Positions 48,600 through 61,801 of a stretch of 64,000 bases of DNA are shown piece by piece. Each line of letters opens with the position of its first letter. The first letter of the stretch is position 1. Below the pieces are notes generated by a model. The model was not told the origin of the DNA, did not search any database, and worked only from the letters and a program-made list of their open reading frames with translations. Source of the stretch: Lytechinus variegatus (taxonomy: Eukaryota); the NCBI RefSeq assembly GCF_018143015.1, contig NC_054741.1, forward strand, positions 72,100,687 to 72,164,686. Direction: 5' to 3'. A program made the position numbers and the translations under genes.

Positions 48600-51500
48600 C
48601 AACGTTCACTAACCAGAGGTTTGACAGCATTCATGCAATCTTTAGACCCAGAGAATATTTCTGAAGCTCAACAAGATTGCCTCGCTTTGCTCAGCAATAC
48701 CAATTTTGAGCTAAATTGCACAAGGAAACGTCTTATCAGACCTGATATGAATATGAAATTTACACCATTGTGCAAATCTTCCCAAGTGGGCAAGTTCTTA
48801 TTTGGAGATTACCTTGCTAAGCAAGTGAAAGACCTGAGTGGGCAGCTGCAGGGATGATGAGAGGCCAATTGAAGGACAAGCATGTCTCACACATATCACC
48901 CATATGCCAGGAATAAAACCAGTACTCGTGAATCTGGATGGGCTCAATCAGCCCAACATGATTTGTGGTCAGGCAACCATAGGGTCCTTTTTTAGGGCAT
49001 CCCCAGTGGAAACGACACAAGAACAAGGGTCATGACCAGTGGAAGAACCCAGGCTCGCAGAGCAGAATGCCTCTCAACAGCCCCTTTCCCCCAAAGCAGG
49101 GTGCATCTTGGAAGAAAACAAAGTAACTACTTCTACTGAAGAGGCGAGTTAACTCAATGATTATTCAAAGTTTCCTATTGGTGGCCGAATGAGGCATTTT
49201 GTAAACAATTGGAAAATATTACTTCTGATCACGTCATCTTATCAGCTGTTGAAGGGTATAAATTAGAGTTTGAAAATTTATCTATTAAACCATACCGTTC
49301 ACTACCCCCACACTGTTTTCATATCAGAACAGTTGAAGTAATTAAAATCAAGAAATTATACACTTACTTGAGGAAAAGGTGATTGAACAATGCTCCCATG
49401 AGAATGGAGAGTTCGTGTCCAACATTTTTATTCGGCCCAAGAAAAATACTGGGCTAATTGAGAGTTATTCTGGATCTTTCTGACCTGAAAAAGTATGGCT
49501 GTCAGCATTTTAAGATGGATAGCATACATACAGCAACACAATGTCAGAAAATTTGTTTTCTTGCCTCAGTGGACCTCCGGGATGCTTACTTTTCGGTCCC
49601 AGTTCACCCTTCAGATAGAAAGTACTTAAGATTTATTTGGCAAGACACGCTTTTCAATTTACATGTTTACCAAATGGTTTGAGTACTGCACCACGGCTCT
49701 TTACCACAATTTTGAAACCAGTGTTTGCCACACTGCACCAAGCAAACCACATCTTAGTGGGTTATCATGACAACACCATCATTATTGGTAACAATAAGGC
49801 CCAAGTACATAAGGCAATTGATGCCACGGTTGGCCTTTTATCAGAGCTTAGGTTTATTATTCACCCTGATAAGCCGGTACTCAAACCATTACAGGAAATT
49901 ACTTTCCTTGGATTGGTCCTTAATTCAGTGAATATGTCCATTACATTCCCTTCTGACAAGGTAAATGAAGTTAAAAAGTGTTGCTTATAGGCCTCCTCCA
50001 AACTAACTTGCCTAGTATTAAAGCAGTCTCCAGAAAAATTGGGAAAATTGTACCATCATTCCCTGCTGTCCAATATGGCCCTCTTTTCTATCGGGCTTTG
50101 GCATTGGACAAAATTGTAGCACTGAAAATTAACAAAGGTCATTTTGATAGACCCATGCAACTCTCGCAGGCAGCTCGGTACGATCTTGAATGGTGGATAG
50201 CAAACCTGCACATTGTATACTCGTCTTTGAGAGTAAAGAACCGGACCTGGAGTTGTACTCCGATGCAAGCGGTTCGGGATGGGAAACTTCATGTATAGAG
50301 CTAAATTCTAGTAAAGATGGGCGATGTCATGCCGAGGAGCTTGCCAAAGCTCAGAATAACGAGATTGATTATTTTGAATTACTGGCAGCCTTTTTCGGAC
50401 TAAAGTCCTTTTGGACATCTATGAAAAATACCATATCCTACTACGCATAGATCATGTAGTTGTAATGAAATTGCAAATGCAATCTGTAAATGGTGTTTAG
50501 AGAGAAATATTTGGCTGTCTATTTCTTATATTCCAGGCAAGCTAAATGTAGTAGCTGACAAGCTGTCTCGTAAATTCAATGATAGGACAGAGTGGACACT
50601 GGATAAACAAGCTTTTAACCAATATACTCCTTACTTTGGCTCACCAGATATTGACTTATCTGCATCTCGACTAAATAATCAATTGCCTAGGTATGTCTCT
50701 TGGCAACCCGATCCTAGTGCATTCTTGGTTGATGCATTCTTTTTTTCTAAACTGGGCCAAGTTGAATTTTTATGTCTTCCCACGTATTTTGTCTCATGCC
50801 AAGTTGCTTGCAGAAAATTCTGAATGACAAAGATATACGGGCTTGCTAGGTGTCCCATATTGGCCCTCACAATCGCGGCTTCCCTTGCTCCAAATTATAG
50901 GGAAACCTGTAGAATTCAAGAGGAGGAAAGGGTTACTAACTTTACCCTTCTCAAATTTCACCCCTTTTGGGATCACATTGATGTATATGTTGCACGATCT
51001 CCGGAAACTTTTCAAGAGACTGAATAAAAAGACCACGGAGATCATAAGGTCTTCACGGAGAGACTCTACTAAAAATCAATAATAATAATAATAATGCTCA
51101 ATTCTTGTAAAGCGCATGTAGCATAGCATGTCCCTATGCGCTGTATCTACATAAGAAAATGGAAAAATTTTATTTAGACAAAGGTTGGAGTTATGTTCAA
51201 TCATCAAGACATTTATTGGAATTCCTTACAAGTTATGTGAACACAGAGCTGGTTATAGTACCTTGAACACTACAGAAGTACCTTGTCTAAATTTTTAGTT
51301 TTAGATGGTCCTTTTACAGTGGGAACTCATTCATTAGTGCACCACTTTATGAAAGGAACCTTTCAACTTCGACCACCCAAACCCAGGTACACTAACATAT
51401 CTGGGACGTTAAATTAGTGTTGAACCATTTAAGGAATTAAGCTAGCACCTGAGAGAACCCTTAGCCTCAAGCTCTTGAGCCTAAAAATTGTCACCCTCTT

Positions 51501-52090
51501 GGCACTAACCTCAGCGCAGCGGGTGCAGTCGCTTCATCAGTTAAACATTGAGCATATGACTCTTAAAGATACTAGTAGTGGAGCTACGTTTTGCTTTGGT
51601 CAACTACTGAACAAGACAGACCAGGGCATATGAAGATATGACATTGGAAGCTTACCCTCTAGATAAGCGACTGTGTGTTCTTGATTATCTAAAACATATT
51701 CGAAGAACAGAACGTCTGAGTGGATCATAAAAAGTTCCTTTTTATCAGCTATCAGAAGCCTCATGTGAGGATAAGTTAATTTATAACAAACCATTTCCCT
51801 TTGGATACGAGTAAATCTAGCTGCAGCTGGGGTATAGACACTGATTTCTATAAGGCGCAATCCACGAGGGCTGCGTCGGTGTCAGAAGCTGAGAGGTCAG
51901 AAGTTCCCATCGCTGCTATTATCTCAGACAGGCTGGATGGACTAATGAGAAAACTTTTAGCAACTCTATCATACGCTTTGGATCAGAAAAGTGACTTCTC
52001 AGCCTCCTTGTTAGGCAGTGCCTCATACTCGGTTGTAGAGGTTATGTTGTGTTCACACCAGGGTTGTGACTTGGTGTAATTTTGGTATCA
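48600..52090 (+). mobile_element. Degenerate DIRS/Ngaro-like tyrosine-recombinase retroelement with multiple stops and frameshifts. Recognisable parts are a pre-RT W domain, RT, RNase H with the ADKLSR motif, and a YR N-terminal plus catalytic HSTR-like region. The 3' side is truncated or interrupted at about 52090 by the foldback element.
   Basis: - W domain: GRMRHFVNNW...LLKGINLEF (about 49190-49290).
- RT: LDLSDLKK...FLASVDLRDAYFSVPVHPSDRKYLRF (49458..49682) and FQFTCLPNGLSTAPRLFT...VGYHDNTII (49637..).
- RNase H: YSDASGSGWE (50190..) and YIPGKLNVVADKLSR (about 50530-50575).
- YR: LSLKLLSLKIVTLLALTSAQRVQSL (about 51450-51540) and AQSTRAASVSEA (about 51850-51885). Confidence 0.65.
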
Positions 52091-53940
52091 AATATGCCTC
52101 CTGAGCTTTGAAATCTCCTGTAATTTCTCCAGGAGAATTACGAAATAAAATAGAAAGATTAAATGAGAACAAAGTTTGAAATTTAATATTTATTTTATGA
52201 GTAATTTGGAGGGAGAGATTACAGGCCCCCCACTCCCTCCCATTACTCAAGGGCAAAATTAGCTCTAACTTGTTCTCATCTTAGTTTAATCTTTCTTGCT
52301 GTTTTATCAGGAGTCATATTTGATGCTTTGAATGATGACTGCGCGTGCGCGGGCGGGATCTCCTGTAATCTCTCCCTCCAAATTACTCATAAAATAAATA
52401 TTAAATTTCAAACTTTGTTCTCATTTAATCTTTCTATTAAAATGTCACTTTTGTGACCAAAATTACTAATTTTCATACAGTTGCAATTCATTTTTCATTA
52501 GATTAGTAACTTGGGAATAATTTTTGTAATTGTATTCACCAGAGCGCTCAAAAACTTGAATTTTGGGCATATGTTTGTGTACGCCCTCTATTGGTGGAAA
52601 GTAATATGGCAAGAAAATTTTCATTTTTTTATCTCTATTTTTAATTAAGAAAAAAATAATTTAATGAATCGAATTGAAATAAGAGCCAAGTAGTATGAAT
52701 AATAGGTGTAATAAAAACTGTCAGTGTAAAAAAATCAAGCATTTGCCCCAAAGAAAAAGAGAAAATAAGCCAAACATTGCCACACTTATTTTGCCACACA
52801 TGGAGATATAACTGAGAACAAGGTTATATTATAACCTTGTTCATTGAATGAGTGAGCATGGTCACTCTTCTTCTTCCAGTCTGGTACAGTCCGCCACTTG
52901 CGTATTATCGTACCTTGTGCTTGTCAAGTGTTGAGTGTACAGTGCAAGTAAAAATTTCTACAATGGACTCTATGTGCAGCTAAAAAACCAGACTGAAGCT
53001 TAACGAAGCTTGACACACTGCACCTCCAGCTTGAAAGGCTCCAATGAAGTGCAGTTGACAGCTACAGCCACAGGTGGTAATGAATTCCACAGCCTGATAG
53101 CGTCTGGATAAAAAGATGTTTGGAGAAATCATTCAATGATATAGGAATAACGCATTCCGCGGAGTTGTTTAGCGAGTATGCAGTGCACGAGAGGTTTCTT
53201 CTGAGCATGCAAAGAAGAAACCTCGAGTGCACTGCATATCGCTGAAAAACGACGGGTAAATGCGTTATTCCTTTTATAAGATGGCTAAGTAATTTCGAAC
53301 GCAATTTTAAGCACCTTATATGAGAAAGAAATAATGAAATAGATCTAAATCAAATATCAAAAATTTTGAAATTGCACTTACCATGGGTTAGACAATTTGG
53401 GTGCGCGAAATTTGCACGGGCGTGCAGGGATAGACACTTTTCGCGAATGATCACGTGGTACGCTTTGACCAATCAGCAAGCTGAAAATTATTTAGCCATC
53501 TTATAAACAAGGTTATAATATAACCTTGTTCTCAGTTATATCTCCATGTGTGGCAAAATAAGGGTGGCAATGTTTGGCTAAATTTCTCTTTTTGTTTGGG
53601 GCAAATGCTTGATTTTTTTTACACTGACAGTTTCCATTACACCTATTATTTATACAACTTGGCTCTTATTTAAATTTGATACTTTAAATCATTTTTTTCT
53701 TAATTAAAAATAGAGATCAAAAAATGAAAATTTTCTTGCCATATTACTTTCCACCAATAGAGGGCGTACACAAAAATATGCCCAAAATTCAAGTTTTTGA
53801 GCGCTCTGGTGAATACAAAAATTATTCCCAAGTTACTAATGAAAAATAAATTGCAACTGTACAGAAATTAGTAATTTTGGTCACAAAAGTGATATTTTAA
53901 TGACTTTTTAAAGTGTGTGCTCTGGACAACATTGGCATAC
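52090..53940. mobile_element. Long-TIR foldback-type element. Inner arms of about 440 bp (52425-52870 versus 53505-53935) flank a 640-bp core that has its own 130-bp hairpin (53140-53270). It is preceded by a shorter hairpin (52130-52230 versus 52355-52440). A third arm copy (54215-54645) is nested in a MITE, and a fragment of the family lies at 47330-47620.
   Basis: Reverse-complement identity of the arms (ccacacatggagatataactgagaacaaggttatattataaccttgttc / gaacaaggttataatataaccttgttctcagttatatctccatgtgtgg). ORFs 47327..47593 (+) and 54579..54833 (-) share a peptide because of the repeat. Confidence 0.7.
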
Positions 53941-54129
53941 CATAGTCCTACCTGTAGATTCCCCACAGGCAGGGTAGTAGCAGTGAACAAGTGAGCATGG
54001 TGAGGGTTCGTAATCGTGTGGAAAAATAATGTTGGCACTTGGCAATGTCGTAATCGATTATGAGAGCGAATGAAACACTCAAGTTAGGTGGATTGTAACC
54101 GAGGGAGCTCTGGCCCCCTTCGCTTCTTG

Positions 54130-55050
54130 TTTTTGTCTCGCCCACCAGGCGAGACTAGTCTTATTTTTTAAGTTAGGAAGTTAGGGATCCAAATGTCGTC
54201 CATCCCACTCATTCAATGAACAAGGTTATAATATAACCTTGTTCTCAGTTATATGTCCATGTGTGGCAAAATAAGGGTGGCAATGTTTGGCTTATTTTCT
54301 CTTTTTCTTTAGGACAAATGCTTGATTTTTTTACACTGACAGTTTCCATTACACCTATTCATCATACAACTTGGCTCTTAAGTAAATTTGATTCTTTATT
54401 TCATTTTTTTCTTAATTAAAAATAGAGATCAAAAAATGAAAATTTTCTTGCCATATTACTTTCCACCAATAGAGGGCGTACACAAAAATATGCCCAAAAT
54501 TCAAGTTTTTGAGCGCTCTGTGAATACAATAATTTTTCCCAAGTTACTAATGAAAAATAAATTGCAACTGTATGGAAATTAGTAATTTTGGTCACAAAAG
54601 TGATATTTTAATGATTTTTTAAAGTGTGTGCTCAATACAGCATTGGCATGCCATAGTCCTACCTGTAGATTCTCCACAGGCAGGATGGTAGCAGTGAACA
54701 AGTGGTCCATCCGTCCGTCGTCCGTCACAAACCTAATGACACATAACTCCACAACCATAAGTCGCTTTTCAACCAAACTTGGATGGTAGATGGACTTGGG
54801 GGACCTGCATGTTATGCTGCAGTCGGAGGTCACATGGTAAGGTCAAAGGTCATTTTCAGGTCAACGTTAAAGTTTACATGCAAGACTCTTATGACACCTA
54901 ACTCGACAACCGTAACTCTCTTTTCAACCAAACTTGGATGGTAGATGGACTTGGGGGACCTGCATGTTATGCTGCAGTCATAGGTCACATGGTAAGGTCA
55001 AAGGTCATTTTCAGGTCAACGTTAAAGTTTACATGCAAGACTCTCTTTAG
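54130..55050. mobile_element. Second copy of the ttttgtctcgcccacc-TIR MITE family with internal AGGTCA-rich 150-bp tandem repeats. It carries a nested insertion of a foldback arm (54215-54645) with an apparent 8-bp duplication gtccatcc.
   Basis: 54140 cttgtttttgtctcgcccaccaggcgagac...gggatccaaatgtcgtccatc | insert | gtccatccgtccgtcgtccgtcacaaacctaatgacacataactcc, aligning to 21233-21300. Two tandem units sit at 54800-55040. Confidence 0.7.
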
Positions 55051-55512
55051 ACAGTAGAGGCGCACGGCCAATATTGGAGACTGTCTCCAATGTGGGAGAT
55101 TATCTCCAATATCAGAGACTTTTGTAAAGAATTTGGGTATCCAATTTCAGAGACAGTCTCCAGTTTTGGAGACTAATTTTCTTTGTTTACATTTGCGGCA
55201 AAAGGATTACCTTGGTGGCAAATAAAAATGTGATAAGCAGATTCCTCATGAAAATTTACACCTTTTCACCGTCTACTTTAAAAATTCACCGTCTACTTTT
55301 GTTTTGATAAGGATTTTTGTTGTCATCCACACACAAAACAAATGGGCTTCTGGCCTCAGCGAGACAAAATTTTGGGTGGAAAAAATTGTGTTTTTGTTGG
55401 TGTTGTTTCTTTTGTCCTTTTGCAAAGCAAGTCTCCAATGTGGGAGATTGTCTCCCCTATTGGAGAGAGTCTCCCATATTGGCCGTGTGCCTCTACTGTT
55501 AGACAGCTGGCA
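55050..55512. mobile_element. MITE with about 35-bp TIRs (agtagaggcgcacggccaatattggagac ... gtctcccatattggccgtgtgcctctact), internal tctccaat(g/a)t(g/c)(g/a)gaga sub-repeats, and flanking ttagac on both sides (a possible TSD).
   Basis: TIRs and flanks were read directly. ORFs 55304-55635 inside are probably non-coding. Confidence 0.6.
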
Positions 55513-56789
55513 GCTGTCTGTTTCACAGGCAGTTACATAAACATTTTTTTTTCAATTTCTCCTCGTACACAGACGGCTCGCTATCGTGCAGCCACCATTA
55601 GGGGACTTGCAATGCAAAATCTCTTAATTCATTAAAGGGGAATCCAGCCTTGGCTATAAAATGATGTGTTGGGAAGGAGAAAAATAAATTAAACAGAATG
55701 GTGAAATTTTGAAAGAAATCGGACAAGTAATAAGAAAGTTAGCTCTGCTTTAAAATTGAAATCACTAATACCATGTAGATTTCAAATTGGCAACTGGGTA
55801 GGTAAATTATGACAAGGGGCAAGGACAACTTCCCCATAGGCCATGTACTTTATTATCAGGGATTTGTGGTTTTCTCCTAAGTACCAATTCCCCTGGGGCA
55901 GTAATCTAAATATAGCCCAGGTAGTATATTGTTTTATGTCCTCATGAAAGAAAAATATAATTTGAAATAAAACTTTTGGGAAAAATTACATTTTAGCCAT
56001 AATATGTACTAGAGTACATGGAAGAGTAGTCCTTGGCTTACATCACTATGACATCACACATACGGCCAATTTGAAGTCTCCATGGGTATAGTGATTACCA
56101 ATATTTACAACTTTTAAAAATTCATAACTTTCTTTTTGTTTGTCCAATATTGTTCAAACTTTCACCTATCACCTTGTCTGATATTTCTTTTCCTGACAAA
56201 AACAAGTTTTTATTTGGGTTGGATTCCCCTTTAAATGAGTGCCTGGTTCCTTTGTCAGTGGATTGTTACCAAAGTCCAAACACTTTTCATAAATTCAGTA
56301 ATATCAAACACAATAATATATTTTCTTAAAATTCATCAAACTTGCACCATGAATAGTACAAAATACATGATTGATGATATACTGTACATATTATGACTAG
56401 AGTTGGCCCAATTAAAAAAAAAATCATTAAAAAAATATTGGTATATTAAGGACGGAAGCTAACTTCAGCAAAACTTTCGATAGAGAATTTAACATCAAAT
56501 TAGACAGGAATAACCGTCGTTTCTGGGGATTTATTCAACAATGGTGAGTGATGAATGAGCCAACGCAGTTCAGCGGAACAACCAAATACAGTCGACTGAA
56601 GCTTTTGGTCTGACATCAAATGTACATAAACATTCTGCCCATGCAGCCCTGAAATAAAGAAGGAAAAAACTAATAAAATTAAATTGTATTTTTTCAGTGT
56701 TTTTTGTGTTGGTTTCTTGCAGATTTTTAATGTTTTTTTTTTATTTTGTTTAAATTTACTGCTTCATTCCTTCTTGTTGATAAATATAG

Positions 56790-56858
56790 AAGCCATCAAA
56801 GAAAAATGCTAAAGCTCCTGCACCACCTGTAAAACAACCAAAAAGATGTTTCCAAGAG
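56790..56858 (+). CDS. Myosin-like gene, upstream coding exon (in frame, no start codon): KPSKKNAKAPAPPVKQPKRCFQE. Further 5' exons or the start codon were not located.
   Basis: Acceptor aaatatag|AAGCC, donor CAAGAG|GTAAGC. Phase 0 joins in frame to the next exon, whereas the other frames hit stops. Confidence 0.5.
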
Positions 56859-58341
56859 GTAAGCTAGATTGTTTATTTTTTATATGATGAAATCAGTCAC
56901 CTTTTTTATTATTGATAATAATCATGATGTTTGGTAATAATAATGATACCAACAATAATATCTCTTCATCTACGATTGTACAAATTCAGAAGACAGCTAT
57001 CATAGGTACAATGAGTCGAATGAGACTTACATCTAAGATGTTCGAGAGTCTAAAGTTGTTTGTTGCACTTGAAACACTTTAGCAACAACACTGCCAACCA
57101 AAAATTGATATTATTATTATCATTAATTATAAGTGAGGGAAGTCCACCCAAATGTTAATTCAAATAAAAAGAGAAAATCAAATGAGCATGATGCTGAAAA
57201 TATTTTAATTTGATGTGGAAGATGAAAGTTATGACGATTTAGAATTTTGCTTATTTATCCACATTGCAGTTACATGTAAGCACATCACTGCAATATCAAA
57301 TAAGCAAGTCAGTGTCACTTACTTACTCATTTCTTTTGATTTTAACTTTTGAATTTAAAAATATTTCATTATTTAAATTCTGATTTGACATAGTGTGCAG
57401 GCACACTCCTTGATAGTAACTTTGGTTATTAAATTGATTGCTTTTTCAAGAGGGCCTTCAGTACACAAGTCATTTTAGGCTGCATATTCAAACCACTTAA
57501 CTCGAGATTCAGACTACTTACATGTAACTCAGGTGATGTGTTTGCACAGAAGACTAACTTCATTTGACAATGATGAGACTCTTCATCAAATCAAATTGCC
57601 TGTAGGTTACAACAATGGCAAGTGAACTGGGAGGAATCAAAGATTGTTTTACATTACATTGAGGAGAATATTTGTTTATTTTATATTTCATGTACTAATG
57701 AAATACAAAAGAAATAGTAGGTACTATCATTCGCTCCCTCATTCGCATAATGACCAGGATTTACAAATGACTGTTTTGAAAAATTAAGCAAAAATTTAAA
57801 AATGTCATACATGTAGCTTAATGAAATTTTCAGTGTTAAGCTTGCTAAATCTCTTTTTTATCAAACCAACTTTTTGTTGGTACTTCCCCTTTAAACTACA
57901 ATGATAGTAATGACAACTGCATAAATGATAACAAAAGCATCAAGAACAACCACATCTGCAACTGATAAAATACAAAAATGTTAATGATGATGATGTTGAT
58001 GATGAGGATAATGATGATGAAGGTGATTATGTTGACTATGATAAGTGATGATTGTGATGATGACGGTTAATTATTATGAAAACAGTGATGATGATGAGTA
58101 TATTTATAATTCGGTTTGCCCTTCTGAAATGTCAGTTTTGAAAAATATAAGCATACCGGTACTTGATTGATACAAGCGGTTGATTTCAACTTAACTCATA
58201 GGTCCTTATATTCTGTATCTGTTTCAATAAAGATGCCTGTATTGTGTATGCATTAATTTTAAATCAGTTTTGATGAAAGAATATACTCTGGCAATGCTGG
58301 AACTATTATATTTGAATTATTATATTTGAACTTGTTTGCAG

Positions 58342-58458
58342 GGTATGAGAGTATGGGTTGCTAACAGCAATACAGAAGACAACTGCCCCTGGCTAAGAGG
58401 TACTGTCACAGCAGCAAGAAAGAATGGGAAAGTGAGTGTGAGATTGGAAAGCAGTGAG
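58342..58458 (+). CDS. Myosin-like gene exon: GMRVWVANSNTEDNCPWLRGTVTAARKNGKVSVRLESSE (myosin N-terminal SH3-like fold pattern). The ATG at 58345 could be the true initiator if the upstream exon is UTR.
   Basis: Acceptor tttgcag, donor AGTGAG|GTAAGA. RVWV...G.V......G.V.V pattern resembles the myosin N-terminal SH3-like domain. Confidence 0.7.
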
Positions 58459-59104
58459 GTAAGAAAAGAAACATTAATGATTAGAAATATCCACTATTGA
58501 CGATCACAACAGACTTTAGGGATTGTTAAGGATTCAAGACATTTGTGATATATACTGTAGTCAGTATTTTTATATTTTAATCAGATTCACTCATATAAAT
58601 CGAGCCAACTGAAATATTTCAAATTGTAATTGTATTGTAAAAGAAATAATGTGTTGTACATGTAGTCTGTGCATCTGAAAGCAACATTCAATATTGTGGC
58701 ATGGTGGATGGAATATAAATTTATTACCTTGTTCATAATTAATTTTATGATGTTAAACTTTCTCCAGTTATTCAGGAACTGCCACAATATTGACTAATGT
58801 TTTCATGAAAAATATTGTCATTGAATTTTTGGACAGCAGGGGTTTTAAATGCCTAGATGCCAATTTTCAAAAATCACTTGAGGAAACAGAACAAATTACA
58901 TATGAAATGCAATAAAACATTTACCATATTATATCATATTTTAGTCTATCGATATTCCTCTTATTTTAATATGTATGAGACTATAATATGGCTGAACAAT
59001 AAATTTAGAACACAGAATAGTGTCATCATAAAAAAACCTACATGTATCCTTGCATATATAGAGTATAGGGACTTCTAATATATTTTTTAATAATTCTTAT
59101 TCAG

Positions 59105-59210
59105 GTCATTGATGTTTCACGAAGAGAAGATTCACTGCTTCTAGCTGGAAACAACAACTATGCAGAAGTGGATGACCTAACAGATCTCTCATCCCTCAAT
59201 GAGGCTGAAG
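59105..59210 (+). CDS. Myosin-like gene exon: VIDVSRREDSLLLAGNNNYAEVDDLTDLSSLNEAE(V)
   Basis: The DDLTDLSSLNEA block resembles the myosin motif (V/M)EDM..L..LNEA. GT/AG sites are present; phase 0 in, phase 1 out. Confidence 0.7.
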
Positions 59211-59394
59211 GTATAATGTACACTGTGTTCTTTGTAGTTATGTACAATATGATGAAAGAGGCCTTAAGGGATTTCATGGGAAAGTATGTAAGACCACGGT
59301 TAATTGCAACCATATCATGGTAGGTCTAGATCTGGTTTAAACCTAACTCTGTCTAATCACTAACTCTAAGCTGAGAAGATGATGGTACTGTTCA

Positions 59395-60670
59395 GTGCCA
59401 AAACAGATTAACCCTAAAAAGACTGGGCTATTTTGGAGGCTAGAAAAACTGGGGGGGGGGCCTTTTGGGCCCCCCCTAAGATCTCGGCCGTTGGTCGTCC
59501 GATCGCAACCAAATTTGGCACACACATCCTTTGTCATGTCCTCTAAAAGAAAACATAGTCAAAATACTGATATTCATTGTATTTTTTAATATATGCATAA
59601 TTAATTATGCGAATATGCAAATTTTTATCAAAAAATAGAATTTTTCATATTTTGGTACTTATTGCGGTCCATAAATTCCTGTTTCAAGGTTTTCAGCTGT
59701 AAGAAGAGGTTGTTTATCATGGAATTGTGTTGTTTCATGCTTGAATTATTAGATATGCTTATGCAAATGAGTAATTACTAAATATGCAAATAAGTACTCC
59801 GCATGCATTATGTAGAGAAATACAATAATTGGCATGTTTTATTGCATTACACTCTCTTGCAATGAGACAAAGCAATCTTGGAAGATACACAAGTGATGTG
59901 TTACATGTACACTAGCTGGTGAAAACAAAGCATAGGAGATATCACATAATTTATGCAAATTATATTCATAATTAATTATGCGAATATGCAAATTTTTATC
60001 AAAAATTTTTTTTCATATTTTGGTACCTATTGCGGTCCATAAATTCCTGTTTGCAAATTCTTGAGTATTCTAGATATATTTTGGGTTTGTGTAATATATA
60101 ACTTATTCAATATCAATTATAGCATAATCAACTAAAGTGTGACATTACTTGTCTATTCAGTGTTTCCTGCACCCAAGAATATAGTTGTGCAAGCGATTCT
60201 GGTATTTTGCACTACTTTTCTTATGTTTTTCTTTGATTTTAATTTCTTATGTATTTCTTTATTTTGCATTTCTTATGTATTTCTTTATTTTTTTATGCAA
60301 TGTTTTTCATTATTTTCATATCCTAGAACTGCTACTTGAATTCACAAGTGACATAATATAGAAAGAAACAAATAAAAATGTAGTTAGAAAACAATGTGTA
60401 TAACATTCATTCAAATACCATACACTTTACACACAAACGAATACAAATTTCAATTTCTTACGTGACATGTGATACGAAAATGTTACGTAACTCCGCAACC
60501 GCGGCATGGGGGTATACAAATTTGGTATCAAAAGTTGCGCAAAACTCAAGAGAAAAAAGTCATGAAATGGCGGCGCGAACGCTTCATGCGCAAAAAAGTT
60601 ATCGCGATTTATGTACAGGGGGGGCCTTTTAGGCCCCCCCCCCCAGTCTTTTTAGGGTTTAGCACATATG
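59395..60670. mobile_element. TIR-bounded element of about 1.27 kb inside the intron of the myosin-like gene. TIRs are aaccctaaaaagactggg...ggggggggggccttttgggcccccc; there is an internal 120-bp direct repeat (59570-59700 versus 59940-60060).
   Basis: The reverse complement of 60610-60670 matches 59395-59470. The direct repeat tatgcaaat..ataattaattatgcgaatatgcaaatttttatcaaaaa is duplicated. Confidence 0.6.
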
Positions 60671-61064
60671 GGACAGTGCATTATATTTGTTTGAAAAAAA
60701 AACCCATTATCTAGCCCAAATACCATGCTTGTTTTGTCAGTTAATCAGCAGACATATTTTTAACCAGAATCATTTGGCATAACTGGGGATAATTTTATTA
60801 GATTCTTTTCAAACTCTTTTCTAAATCAGCGCTGGAAAAACATCTGAGAGTCAAAGTGGTCGTCGATTAAAAAAAGGTTGAAAAGCGCTGTTCTAAATCA
60901 TTACAAACTGGCATTTAAGTTTGAATTTCTACATTCTTCAAAGACAGCACAATGAGAAAAGCAGGAGATCTGCTGTGAAAGACGCTGAGCACCCTTACAG
61001 ATTTGTAAGACACAGCATAGAAATTTGGTAAAGTGCCTATTAACATTCTGGTTTCTTCCAATAG

Positions 61065-61225
61065 TATTAGAGAGTCTGGAGTGCAGATTCCACAACGGTC
61101 AGATCTGCAGTAAAGCAGGTATAACTCTAGTCAGTCTGAATCCATTCAAGGAAATCTCTGGTTTATATGATGATACTGCCATCAAACACTACCATCAAGA
61201 TCAAACTAGTGACCAGACATTGAAG
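61065..61225 (+). CDS. Myosin-like gene exon: (V)LESLECRFHNGQICSKAGITLVSLNPFKEISGLYDDTAIKHYHQDQTSDQTLK
   Basis: ORF 61025..61315 covers it. Corresponds to myosin L.NL..R......IYTY.G..L.A.NPY. but is divergent here: IYTYxG becomes ICSKAG and NPY becomes NPF. Confidence 0.75.
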
Positions 61226-61687
61226 GTGAGAAATCTATACATTTCAAACTATTTTACATATTTATTATATAAGGAATATTATTATATATTCCATGATTTT
61301 TCTAGAAGGTTATAGGAGGTACTTGAATTCGGAGCATACGTTTGTTTACTGCATTCACCTTTGAATTTTATGGTAGCATAACATAAAAAATCTAATTGGT
61401 GGAAGATTTTATAAGAATGGAAGAGAAAAACTTAGAAAATTAGTGAGTTTATATTTGATAGGTATATGAAGTTTAGACATAGGACAGGTAGTACAAGTTA
61501 ACTTACGATAAAAACAGATGAGTTGTCACTAATTATTTTCATTTAATGTTCACACATTTCTGACTTGTACCCACTTCATAACATTGTATATTTGATAACA
61601 TTCCATACTGAAATGTGATTACCTATTACCAGTCCACTAACATGAAATTATTCAATAATTCCAATATGATTTTGCTTGATTAAATAG

Positions 61688-61801
61688 GTGGAAGCCCCAC
61701 ATGTGTTTGCTGTTGCTGAGAAAGCCTTTTCTAGTCTTCGCTATGCCATAAGTAGCCCCAACCAGTCCATTATCGTTAGTGGAGAGAGTGGAGCTGGGAA
61801 G
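61688..61801 (+). CDS. Myosin-like gene exon: VEAPHVFAVAEKAFSSLRYAISSPNQSIIVSGESGAGK (P-loop). The Thr of GESGAGKT is encoded by the next exon.
   Basis: ORF 61688..61915. Near-identical to PHIFAVAE.AY..M.....NQSIIVSGESGAGKT of myosins V, VI and VII. Confidence 0.85.
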
